A stretch of DNA of 64,000 nt from Octopus sinensis (taxonomy: Eukaryota), in NCBI RefSeq assembly GCF_006345805.1, contig NC_043001.1, positions 116,746,001-116,810,000 of the forward strand, written 5' to 3'. Below the pieces are notes generated by a model, which saw nothing but the letters and a program-made list of their open reading frames with translations, did not search any database and had not been told where the DNA came from. Below, piece after piece: positions 11,927 through 22,860 of the stretch. Both the position numbers and the translations under genes were made by a program. Position 1 is the stretch's first letter, and each line of letters opens with the position of its first letter.

Positions 11927-12188
11927 GATGTATCCCCCCTCCCACCACCACCAGCCAATACCATCAAAGAAATGTATCTCCCCCTCCCCCCCAGTCATAC
12001 CATCAAAGAAATGTATCTTGTTGATAGGAGAGACTGGAATTGTCTCCCTTGAACGTCGGTGGTCGGCCATATTGTTTAGCAATCATTAAATGCAAGTTTT
12101 TTGGTTTATTTAAGACAGAGAAAATATTCCTGGACAGAAGAGACTCCTTGACTTGATTTATTTATTGCCTCGAAGTTCAATTGTAAGT
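11927..12188 (+). promoter_or_regulatory. DCAF7: Candidate DCAF7 promoter and non-coding first exon (donor GTAAGT at 12183)
   Basis: Coding exon 1 has an acceptor 5 nt before the ATG, so an upstream exon must exist. This region is CpG-retaining, has CCAAT (11955), a YY1-like GGCCATATT (~12065) and a perfect GTAAGT donor. Confidence 0.45.
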
Positions 12189-12860
12189 AAACACAAACAT
12201 TGTTCATACCGCTCTCGGTTATACATTTACTTTGCGATCGTCGTACTTTAACCTTTAATCTTTAAACATGTTTAGTCAACATGAGTGAAAAATAACAAAC
12301 AATTCTAGTTTTTTATGTTAAAAAGTCGGAATATTTTCTCTTTTTCCCCTTTTTATCGCATTTCATTTTACTGCCTCGAACGTGTTTGTTATGCAAATTA
12401 AAATATTGTATTATTGTCGCCTTTTAATTGTTATTATTGACATTTAGGCGATCTTTCGTTTCTAGTACCGACATTTGCAGTTTCCGTTTTGCTTTAAAAT
12501 GTATTTTAACCACTTAAAAAATTCAACATTATTTTTATTAGGAAAAAAAAAGAATATAGTGTTTGGGGTTTAGGAACTTAAATGTACCCAAACCGAAAGA
12601 TCGGCCTATAAATATCTACATAAATATGACAGTTCTCCACCCCCCTTATCTTGTTTGATTGTAGTTAATTAAAGACGGCGGTTTACATGCGTCAATTAGT
12701 ATTTTCCTCTTAGTTTGCATTATGTCTTTTCTTTCTTTCCTTTTAAATTGATTTGGTTTTTGTCTCGACTTAGAAATGTCTAAAAGACTTGGATTATGCA
12801 GATTCCATTGGCGTCGGACAAAGTTCGTAGTAATTAATTTGTTCTCGATTTTTATATATC

Positions 12861-13189
12861 TATTTCTGTACTACCCACAAGGGGCTACACATAGAGGGGA
12901 CAAACAAGGACAGACATAGGTATTAAGTCGATTATATCGACCCCAGTGCGTAACTGGTACTTATTTAATCAACCCCGAAAGGATGAAAGGCAAAGTCGAC
13001 CTCGGCGGAATTTGAACTCAGAACGTAGCGGCAGACGAAATACCTATTTCTTTACTACCCACAAGGGGCTAAACATAGAGGGGACAAACAAGGACAGACA
13101 TAGGTATTAAGTCGATTACATCGACCCCAGTGCGTAACTGGTACTTAATTTATCGACCCCGAAAGGATGAAAGGCAAAGTCGAGCTCGA
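12861..13189 (-). mobile_element. Tandem dimer of Meta-domain-like SINE (tail B)
   Basis: Two ~180-bp units joined at AAAGAAATA|GGTATTTCGTC in the sense orientation. Confidence 0.85.
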
Positions 13190-13499
13190 ATAACATCGAA
13201 GTTAACTTTGCCTCTCATCCTTTTTTCCCCCTTTTTTTGAGGATCGGAAAAATACCCTACCAGTCAAAATTTAGGGTCGATTTAATCGTCTGTACCCCTC
13301 TTCCAAATCTCTGGCCTTGTTCCTCTATTACAAATCATTATTGCTAGTTGCGGCTTCTTTCATTTCGAGTTCTATTCTCATTGACGTCAACTTTGCCTTT
13401 CATCCTCAAGTTGATTAAAAAAAAAAAGTACCAACCATGTATTAAGGTTGATTTGATCGTCTGAATTCTCCTTATCAATTTGGGTACCTATATCAGAAA

Positions 13500-14010
13500 A
13501 CATATTATACTCTTATTTTTATTCTGTGTTTTCACTGCCCAACCTAGGACAGCTGATTCATAGTGTATTGTTTTGGGTTTTTTTATAGTATTGAAAGTAC
13601 TCTACGTAAGGTGTGCAGTGAGTGTCTAGTAGTAACTATTTTCTATATGTTGCGTCTGCTTTGTAAGTCCTGGTGTTTTGGTTATATATTGGTCTTTATG
13701 CATTTTTTTAATCATTCTTACAACACCTATTATTATAGGGATTACTGTACCTGTTTTCAGTCCTATTCAAATTACAGATCTTTTATATTTGGAAAATTTC
13801 TTAATTTGAGAAATACATCATCATTTCTTAGAACTGATAAATCAAGGCACCTCTTTCCCTGGTACTTCTTTACAACAATATCTGGTCAATTATCCTTGAT
13901 ATCTCTGTTTTTGTGTTTTGGCATGTTAGAGTATGGTCACTGTTATTCTCTAAGGCTTTTTCTGGTTTATTCTTATACCACCTTGTTTCTTTCTTTCTGT
14001 CTTTCATAAT
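13500..14010 (-). mobile_element. R4/Dong-like (RLE-type) non-LTR retrotransposon 3' end
   Basis: Minus-strand pieces WYKNKPEKALEN, RDIKDN*PDIVVK, FSKYK, VIPIIIG and TLRRVLSIL* match the restriction-like endonuclease C-terminus pattern. Confidence 0.75.
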
Positions 14011-14089
14011 AATGGTATAAATCTAGATGAAAGTCCCAATTCTGTCATACCTGTAGATGTATTCTTTCTTAACTAAAGACTGGACAACG

Positions 14090-14817
14090 ATAGAGTTTTT
14101 TACTGCAAGGCCCCTCTTCTAAAATTCACTTGTCCATGACAAAAAATACTCCTCCACTACAGTTCTGACCCCATATACAGAATTCATATTTTTTCTGTCC
14201 AAATGATTTTGAAGACTGCGGAATAGATGATAATCAGATGAACCAATGTCTGGCGAATATCGTGGGTGGGGCATTGTTTCCCATTCAAACTGCTCCTGCC
14301 TCTGAATGTCATCCAAAGATGGTCACTTTTCTTCTAGCACTGACTTGAATGACTGGTTGAATGACCAAAGCTTCTCTGATAATTCCTCAACAGTTACAAT
14401 GGGAATTTGTTCCACCAGGATTTGCAGGATACGCTTGTCAAGCTCTACAGATCTTCCAGGCGAGGCTTGTCTTCTAGGGTGTATTTTCCAGCTCCGAATT
14501 TCTGGAAACACTATTGACACTGGTTTACGCTTATTGTCAGATCCCCATATACTGCATTAATATTCCTTGCACTTTCTGCTGTGTTATTGCCTTTATTGAA
14601 CTCATAAAGCAAAATATGTTGAATGTGTCCTTTGTCACTTCCATTATAGCTTTGAAAAAAAATAAACTGTTAAAATCGAACTGCACTCTTCAAAACTTGC
14701 ACTAAGTATAATAACAAGGTAAAATTACTACCTGCTTTTATAGCAAGTTGATGCAGGTAGTTTATCCCGTATCCCTCTGACTTTTAGTTCATGCATTATT
14801 TATGGGATGACCCAATA
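14090..14817 (-). mobile_element. Internally deleted mariner transposon remnant
   Basis: MEVTK...ARNINAVYG, SVELDKRILQILVEQ.P..TVEELSEKL and HPRYSPDIGSSDYHLFRSLQNHL. One TIR-like end TA|TTGGGTCATCCCATAAATAATGC at ~14792-14817. Confidence 0.8.
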
Positions 14818-15103
14818 TATATATATATTTATATTATATTGAGGGTACTACTATTCATAGATACCGCACGCTAAGAGGGACCAATGTGGTCAAAACTACT
14901 AAAATAAACAAAATTTTACCGAATGCAAAACTTCAAAGCAAGTCATTTAAAAAAAGAATTTAGTTACATATCACCTGTGATTTCGCAATTAATGCAGAAT
15001 ATGCATTCCATGTTCATCAGTGCAACAAACTCAAGACATAAGAAAAAACATAACTAACACGCTAACTACTGATAATTTCTTATAAAGATTTTATCCTCAA
15101 TTT

Positions 15104-15135
<32 letters not shown>

Positions 15136-15751
15136 CTCATGTGCAAGTAAAAGTGCCCATGCGGTGCCACATAAACACACCCAGCACACTCTGTAAAGTG
15201 GTTGGCATTAGTAAGGGCATCCAGATGTAGAAACCATGCCAAATCAGACTGGAGTCTGGTGCAGCCCCCTAGCTTGCCAACTCTGGTCACACCATCCAGC
15301 ATAGATGATGGACATTAAATGGTGATGATGATATATATATATATATTAATATAATATAAATATATGCATATATATGTACATACATCTATATGTATACATA
15401 CATGCATAAGAACAAAACAAGACTGGTGCAGGAGCCATGTGTTGAGAGGGATTCTTTGGGGTTTGAGTAATTCACCTCTGGAAACATATTTTGTTCAACG
15501 TCCTTAAACAACCCTTATTCAGGAACCTTTTGAGCAAGATGGGTTACTTGACCAGAAGAAAATTCTAACTGGGCCCCACCTGCAAGGTCATGTGCTGTTT
15601 ATTTTGATATGAGATCACCATGTCGCTCACATATGGTTGTGATGCATGTGCCTGTGTACCCTTATCAGACGGGTAGTCATGATGGGTATACTGGGCTTTG
15701 TATATTTTACTCCAGTGTCACTTTGATGGCATGCACTGCTCTTTCACTCAA

Positions 15752-16560
15752 TAATAATAATAATAATAATAATAATCCTTTCTACTCTTGACACAAGACC
15801 TGAAATATGAGAGGAGTTGATTACTTTGACCCCAATGCTCGACTGGTACTTATTTCATCAACCTTGAAAGGATAAGAAGTAATGTTGATCATGACAGAAC
15901 TTGAACTTAGAATGTAAAGGGGAATAGAATGTTACTGAGCATGTTGTCCAGTGTGTTAACAATTCCACCGTTTTGCTGTCTCAATAATAATAACAGTAAT
16001 CCTTTCTACTCTGGGCACAATACTTGAAATTTGGGGGAGGGGTTAGTTGATTGCATCAATCCCAGTGCATAACTGGTACTTAGTTTATCAACACTGAAAG
16101 GATGAAAGGCAAAGTGAACTTCAGTGACATTTGAACTCAGAATGTAAAGTTGGACAAAATGCCACTAAGCATTTTATATAGCATGCTTAATGATTTAGCC
16201 ATCTTGTCACCTTTATAATAATTATTATTGTTTCTAGTATACGCACAGGGCCTAAAATTTGGGGGAGGAGGTTAGCTCATTAAACCCCTTTCACTGCTTG
16301 ATTGATAATTTATTTTATTGACAAAGGCAATGATGATGCTGGCAGGATATGAATTAAGAACTGCTAGGCATTTTGTCTGATGCTATAGCAATTCTGCCAA
16401 TTCACCACCCTAAATTTTTTAATAATAATAATGTGGCTTTCTAACAAAGACAGAATTTGGGTGAAATGAAATTGACTCCAGTACTTGATGATATTTATTT
16501 AATCAACTCTCAGTAGGATGAAAGTTAAAGTTAACTTTGGCAAGGTTTGAGCCCAGAGTG
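15752..16560 (-). mobile_element. Head-to-tail array of ~5 decayed Meta-domain-like SINEs (tail A)
   Basis: Repeated (aat)n-cctttctac...actggtact...gaaaggatgaaaggcaaagt...tttgaactcagaat units. Confidence 0.7.
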
Positions 16561-16940
16561 CAACAAAATACTGGAAGATGAATCCATTGCTCTATTGGAT
16601 TGAGGCTCTTTCAGACTGAGTCAATAGTCATTAAAAAAGTTGCAAATGGCAACAAAAGAGCTTTGACAAGCAAAAACAAAACAAATTAAATAATCAGTTA
16701 GTTAGTTGGCTATTTAACCAATTGACTAATGATAAAAGAGTGGGATTGAACCAGTGCGTATATTAATTATATTGGCATAATGACTATCCTTAGACACTAC
16801 AAGATTTGTTTCGAAACACAATTCACATAAAGAATCTTGCAAACCAGATACAAAAACGATTTTGTGTGTCATTACATTTTTCTGTATTTATTATAAATAT
16901 AATAGTTTGGTTTCTATTTCTTTCTTTTTGTTTAGTTACC

Positions 16941-17093
16941 ATGTGTGCTCTACCTGCTGCACCTCCTGGCAAGAGGAAAGAGATCTATAAATACGAAGCA
17001 CCATGGACTGTATATGGAATGAACTGGAGTATTCGTCCAGACAAGCGGTTTCGATTAGCTCTCGGTAGTTTCATGGAAGAGTACAACAACAAG
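16941..17093 (+). CDS. DCAF7: DDB1- and CUL4-associated factor 7 (WDR68/AN11 homolog), coding exon 1
   Basis: [51 protein letters not shown]. Acceptor tttag at 16935, ACC-ATG context, donor GTAACC. Confidence 0.97.
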
Positions 17094-17329
17094 GTAACCT
17101 TTTATGTCTCCCCACCATTTTCAGTGAACCAAGCAGTTGAGTAATAAATGACATCAGACATAAATAATCACCAATTTCATACAGAAAGGACTAATCAGCT
17201 CCACCCCGATAAGACTTAAACTTTGTATTTTTCATTTCTGGATGACAGCATTATCAACTACATTAGATTTTGGTTCTGCATTCATCAGAAAGCAGAACCG
17301 AAATCGAAGTCGATCAACATCAATGGAAA

Positions 17330-17737
17330 TTGCGGCTGTGATACCAGTACCGGTGACAAGCAAGCGAACCATCTGATCGTGGCCATTGCCAGCGCCGCCC
17401 CGACTGGCCTCTGTGCCGGTGACATGTAAAAAGCACCATCCGTTTGTGGCCGTTGCCAGCCTCGCCTGGCCCCCGTGCCGGTGGCACATAAAAAGCACCA
17501 TCCGTTCGTGGCCGTTGCCAGTCTCACCTGGCCCCTGTGCCGGTGGCATGTAAAAAGCACCCACTACACTCGTGGAGTGGTTTGCGTTAGGAAGGGCATC
17601 CAGCCGTAGAAACACTGCCAGATCAGACTGGGCCTGATACAGCCTTCTGGCTTCACAGACCCCAGTTGAACCGTCCAACCCATGCTAGCATGGAAAGTGG
17701 ACGTTAAACGATGATGATGATGATAAGATGATGATGA
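17330..17737 (+). mobile_element. 5'-truncated RTE LINE 3' UTR with 3-4 internal ~59-bp repeats and (GAT)n tail
   Basis: gcgttaggaagggcatccagccgtagaaac...gcatggaaagtggacgttaaacgatgatgatg. Confidence 0.8.
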
Positions 17738-18056
17738 TTACAAAGTGCCAACCATTCCATCTTCTCAAACAGGACACTATAAATTCTGTCTGCTGTTTTA
17801 ACTACTAATTTATGCCTACAAGATAATTCATTAGTCACTTAGTGCTGATAAGAGATGGTTATTTACAATGTGAATTTACCCAATGAGTCAATTCTGAATT
17901 AACTGCTAAGATTTTTGTATTAAGTAACTTTTGTATTCACCAACTTGAGAGACAGAAAAGAGAAACGAATTTCTCTCAATGGTTTTGTTTCTCGTTTCTC
18001 TTCAAAACGGTGCTTTCAATGTTTAATATGATTTATATGAAAATATTGATTTCAAA

Positions 18057-18285
18057 TTTTGGCACAAGGCCAGCAATTTCACTTTGGAGCCTTAAAGTTG
18101 CTCAAGCTACTAAAAATGGTAAGTTGAGTATATCAACACTAGTACTCAACTGTTCTTTTATCGACCCCTAAAAACTGAATGACAAAGCCAACCTTGGTGG
18201 AATTTGATCTCAGATTGTAAAGACAGATGAAATGCCACTAAGCATTTCACCCAGTGTGCTAACGATTCTACTAGCTTGCTGCCTT
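18057..18285 (-). mobile_element. Decayed Meta-domain-like SINE
   Basis: Matches the family consensus on the reverse strand. Confidence 0.6.
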
Positions 18286-19789
18286 ATTTAGATGAAAAAT
18301 ATTAGCAATTCCTTCACTGGTAATAGTTTTATTCTGGTTACATTTCTAGTATTTTGGGTTTTTTCCACACAAAAGTATGTAAGCTTAGCAAAATAAGATA
18401 ATGAAACTTAGAGTAGTGAACTGTACTATACCACCCTATGCTACTTATTTATAGTGAAAAGGTTTCGGAAACAGAATAAAACAGAAAAGGTTTCAGAAAC
18501 AGGAGCACACAGTTTATAGGTGTTTAATTCTGGAAAGAAGAATAAATTAATTAATTGTCCTTCTTCAAGAAAAAGCTCAGACTAGAAAGTATTACAGATT
18601 TGGTTATTGTAACTATTGTGTGGAATGAATGGTGGATGAAAAGGGTGGAAAAAGTTTTAGAGCTAAGAGCAAGTTTGTCAAGGGAGACAATTAGTAGGGG
18701 GAGTAGTTCCTTAGCAGGGAAAATGTATTTAAGAGTTGGAGTGCCCTTTGGAGCCTTTAAGTTGCCCAAGCTACTTGAAATGGTAACCAAATTTCCCTCA
18801 AATTACTCCCTATCATGTTAAATAAAGAGCTTATTAGATAATATAGTCTTACATATTCCTAAAAAAAAGTAGTCATGGCTGGAATGTTTTTGATTATAGA
18901 TCTGCTCATACAGGTTTAATCTGGAGTAAATAACAACACTTTAATTGTGGCTTTCTTGACTGATTCATTGAAAATTAAAGTGATATTGTAATAGTGCACC
19001 ACATGACATATGATACTAACGCTTCATTTAGCTACACCTCTTACTAATTTGACAATGTTGTGCAATGTTTCTGTGTTGTAACATTAGTGGAAAGAACCCA
19101 AAACTTATTTCTCAGTTTATCTAGATGCAGAGGTTATCAGTACAAATGGAGAAAAATTCAGATGCAATCCACGTCGTCACTTATTGAAATACGAGAGTTA
19201 TCTTTCTTCATCTGATATTTAATTGCTTTCTTTGAAGGAAGATTATTTCTCTCAACTGTCTGTATATTGTTACTCCCAAGATTTCCAATTATATATAAGT
19301 AGAGAAACCAGGCTGTAGAACTCGCCTGCTAAATTTTCTGATTCTTTTCAATTAACTGAATGATGTCATTTACTATAGCATAGGGATTTTCTTAAACCGA
19401 AGTGAGTAGCATTCATTCCTTCTCTGGAGATATTACCTAGAAATGTGACATGAAAACGTGTGACTGAAAACAATCAATACCTGGCTATGAATTCAGCTCA
19501 TCAAAAGTTTATACTTGGTTCACTCACCATATTCTCCTTTAATTATTTTGAAGTGTGGTGTTCATTTAAGTATAACAATTGAAATATTTACTTTCAGTAG
19601 AGAGACACGTCCAATCAATCTGTGTTGTGAGCAAAAATACTCATATTCAGAAAAACTCTGCAAAATTCTTAAATTGAATAAAAAAGTAAAAGTTTTAAAA
19701 TTTCTGTTTTCAGTTTCAGCAACAAAGTCTCTTAAAATGTTGACATCTATTAACACTCATTGTTATACTGTTTTGATTTATGTTTCTAG

Positions 19790-19891
19790 GTGCAAATTGT
19801 GTCTTTGGATGAAGAAACATCTGAATTCACATCAAGAAGCACATTTGACCATCCTTACCCCACAACTAAAATCATGTGGATCCCGGATGCT
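19790..19891 (+). CDS. DCAF7: DCAF7 coding exon 2
   Basis: VQIVSLDEETSEFTSRSTFDHPYPTTKIMWIPDA. ctag|...|gtaagt. Confidence 0.97.
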
Positions 19892-20045
19892 GTAAGTTAT
19901 AATTTATCATTTCTAGCTGTTCTTTTTTTTCCCTATTCTACATTTTATTGTTTCTTTGAAATGCAATGTATCATATTTTATTTCTCATTTATATTATTCA
20001 GATGACATCTTGCATTTGCTTCTGTTTTTGATTTCTTTTCTCTAG

Positions 20046-20144
20046 AAAGGTGTATTTCCTGATTTGCTAGCTACCAGTGGAGACTACTTGAGAGTATGGA
20101 GAGTTGGAGAGAATGATACAAGATTGGAGTGCCTCTTAAACAAT
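20046..20144 (+). CDS. DCAF7: DCAF7 coding exon 3
   Basis: KGVFPDLLATSGDYLRVWRVGENDTRLECLLNN. tctag|...|gtcagt. Confidence 0.97.
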
Positions 20145-21147
20145 GTCAGTAACATTTCTTTATATATGTTTTCTTGGACAGTGTCCTTCAATGATTTAAA
20201 AAAAATTTTAAGAATGCTTTTATAAATTTTTTATTTTAACAGTTGAATAGTTGAGCTACAGTTTAGAAGCTGCTGGAATTAAAACTTGTTTTCCAGATAT
20301 TCCATTCTACCCAATTTGTCACTGTGAATCTTGTAACTTTTGATTCATCTAAAGGATTATATTTTCCTTTGTGTGTTATTTGATAGTGAATTATCTTGAT
20401 CAAAGACATAGTACTTTGTTGCTAGTGATCCCATAAGATTTAAGCATCTATGACTCTCTCTTCCAGTTTATAATCACTTTGCCTGATAGAATTGAGAGAG
20501 AGAGAAAGAACACCCTCTCATTCAACCTATACCTGCTTGAAAAGTTCTCTTCAAAAGTATTTTATTTTTATTTTTACCTGCTAAGATATGAGGTACCTCA
20601 CCAAAAGAGCTGTAAATCTTTTATTTTAAATAATTTGTAACAACATAAAATATTGAAGTAGTTTGAAAAGTGCAGTGCACAAAACTCAGCTCTTGAGTCA
20701 CTTATATAGTTTTACAGCTAACTAAAAATAACATATGCATTTTACATTTGCATTTTGAGTTTCTCCTGTTTGTACCACAAAACCTGTAAAAACTTTATGT
20801 TCTGAGGTCAAATCCTGCTATGGTCAACCTCAACATTGCCTTTCAAATATTTCTTTTTATTTAGATATTGGACAATGAGTGAAGTTAGACATCAGCAGAA
20901 GGAAAAAACAAACATTATTGAGACAATCATTTAGTGTTCAAGACCCCACAAATATCTTAGAAACTGGTGTATCTAATTAAAAATATCCATATATTTTGTT
21001 GGAATCCTTTATTTCAAATTATTACTCCACATTGATTATTGTTAACTACATAACAGATATATTTACAAGATATTTCTGGATTGTAAAACCTCATGGAATT
21101 TTGGTAATTTTCCTGTGTTGTTTAACATTTTTCTTTTAATATTTCAG

Positions 21148-21261
21148 AACAAAAATTCCGATTTTTGTGCTCCTCTGACATCATTTGACTGGAATGAAAT
21201 TGACCCTAATCTATTGGGAACTTCAAGTATTGACACTACTTGCACAATTTGGGGTTTAGAG
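21148..21261 (+). CDS. DCAF7: DCAF7 coding exon 4
   Basis: [38 protein letters not shown]. ttcag|...|gtgaga. Confidence 0.97.
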
Positions 21262-21499
21262 GTGAGAAACACATTTCCATTTTGCTCTCCATTAATCTCA
21301 TTAGTGTCTGTATTATTGCGATCTTGAACGAACCACACTAATTAAACATGACTGTTATAATGACCCGGATGCATTAATTGTTGAATATTTTAAAATATGA
21401 AATTTTTATTAGACGGCTTGTTAATTGATAAATTTAAGTGTATTGTTTCAGTATTGTTTCTGGTTGTATATTTCTAATTAATGTTTGTGTATGTGACAC

Positions 21500-21620
21500 A
21501 GGTGTGGCTGTGTGGTTAAGAAGTTTGCTTTCCAACCATATGGTCTTAGATTTAGCCCCACGGCAATCAAAGCCTTGTGAGTGGATTTAGTAAACAGAAA
21601 CTGAAAGAAGCCTATATATA
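21500..21620 (+). mobile_element. CORE-type SINE head
   Basis: gtgtggctgtgtggttaagaagtttgc...aaactgaaagaagcc. Confidence 0.65.
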
Positions 21621-21621
21621 T

Positions 21622-21916
21622 ATCATCATCATCATCATCATCATCGTCGTTTAACATCAGTTTTCCATGCTGGTATGGGTTGGATGGTTTGACTGAGGAT
21701 TGGCAAGCTAGTAGGCTGCACCAGGGTCCAATTTGAATGACCCCTGACTGGCTCCTCTGCCAGTGGTACATAAAAAGCACCATCTGAATGTGGTCAATAC
21801 CAGTGCCGCTTGACTGGCTCCCATGCTGGTAGCATGTAAAAAGCACCTACTACACTCTCAGAGTGCTTGGCATTAGGAAGGGTATCAAGCTGTAGAAACC
21901 TTGCCAGATCAGATTG
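21622..21916. mobile_element. RTE 3'-end insertion with internal inversion
   Basis: Terminal piece on - (21622-21730) and the adjoining upstream piece on + (21731-21916). Confidence 0.75.
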
Positions 21917-21934
21917 ATATATATCTACTTATAT

Positions 21935-22098
21935 ATATGAAGGGCTTCATTTTAGTTTCTGTCTATTAAATTTCTTCATAATGCATTAACCAACCTAAAG
22001 CTGTAGTGGAATACACTTACCTCAGGCATCACACTATGGGATGGAACCTGAAACTAGTGGTTGAAAGTGAACTTCCTAATCACATAGCTATGTCTACA
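21935..22098 (-). mobile_element. Decayed CORE-type SINE head
   Basis: gggcttcattttagtttctgtcta...cctaatcacatagcta is the reverse complement of the family head. Confidence 0.6.
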
Positions 22099-22164
22099 CC
22101 TTCTACATCTGTATAAAATTTTCATGGATCAAGTTTCATATGCATAATTAAATTTGTTATACGG

Positions 22165-22416
22165 AACCGCTGGCATGTTAAAAGCTCCAACCGATCGTGG
22201 CCGATGCCGGACCCCCCCTGGCACCTGTGCAGGTGGCATGTAAAAAGCACCCACTACACTCGTGGAGTGGTTGGCGTTAGGAAGGGCATCCAGCCGTAGA
22301 AACTCTGCCAGATCAGACTGGAGCCTGGAGCAGCCCCTTGCTTCCCAGACCCCGGTCGAACCGTCCAACCCGTGCTAGCACAGAAAACGGACGTTAAACA
22401 ATGATGATGATGATGA
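22165..22416 (+). mobile_element. 5'-truncated RTE LINE 3' UTR
   Basis: Near-identical to 17555-17737 and ends gttaaacaatgatgatg. Confidence 0.8.
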
Positions 22417-22619
22417 TTAAATTTGTTATGCTGAACAGTTCCTCAAGATTCACAGTTTGTGTTTCATCATTGATAAGAAAGTTTAATTTTTTTTTTATTA
22501 TAAATTTTTAGCCTTATTTTATCCTTAGAAAAATCACTGGAGTAAAGTTTCATTATTTTTATCCTTTCTATGTAATGTGTTTTAGATAACATTTTTTTCT
22601 TGTTTCGTTTGTTTTGCAG

Positions 22620-22752
22620 ACTGGTCAGCTTTTGTGCAGGGTAAATTTGGTGTCGGGCCATGTGAAGACACAGCTTATAGCTCACGACAAAGAAGTGTAT
22701 GATATTGCTTTTAGTCGTGCTGGTGGTGGAAGAGATATGTTTGCTAGTGTTG
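22620..22752 (+). CDS. DCAF7: DCAF7 coding exon 5
   Basis: TGQLLCRVNLVSGHVKTQLIAHDKEVYDIAFSRAGGGRDMFASV+G (phase 1). gcag|...|gtaaga. Confidence 0.97.
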
Positions 22753-22860
22753 GTAAGATCACCAAGTACACGTTAATCCATTTTTGTTGAAATACTTTTT
22801 TTCAGTTTTCTCATTTTTAGTTAAGTACCTACTTTCAACCTATATTTGTTGTTGATGTTA

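Noticed and set aside
13563-14009. 148-aa hydrophobic + strand ORF
   Set aside because: It is the antisense shadow of the R4/Dong-like LINE fragment and begins at GTG.
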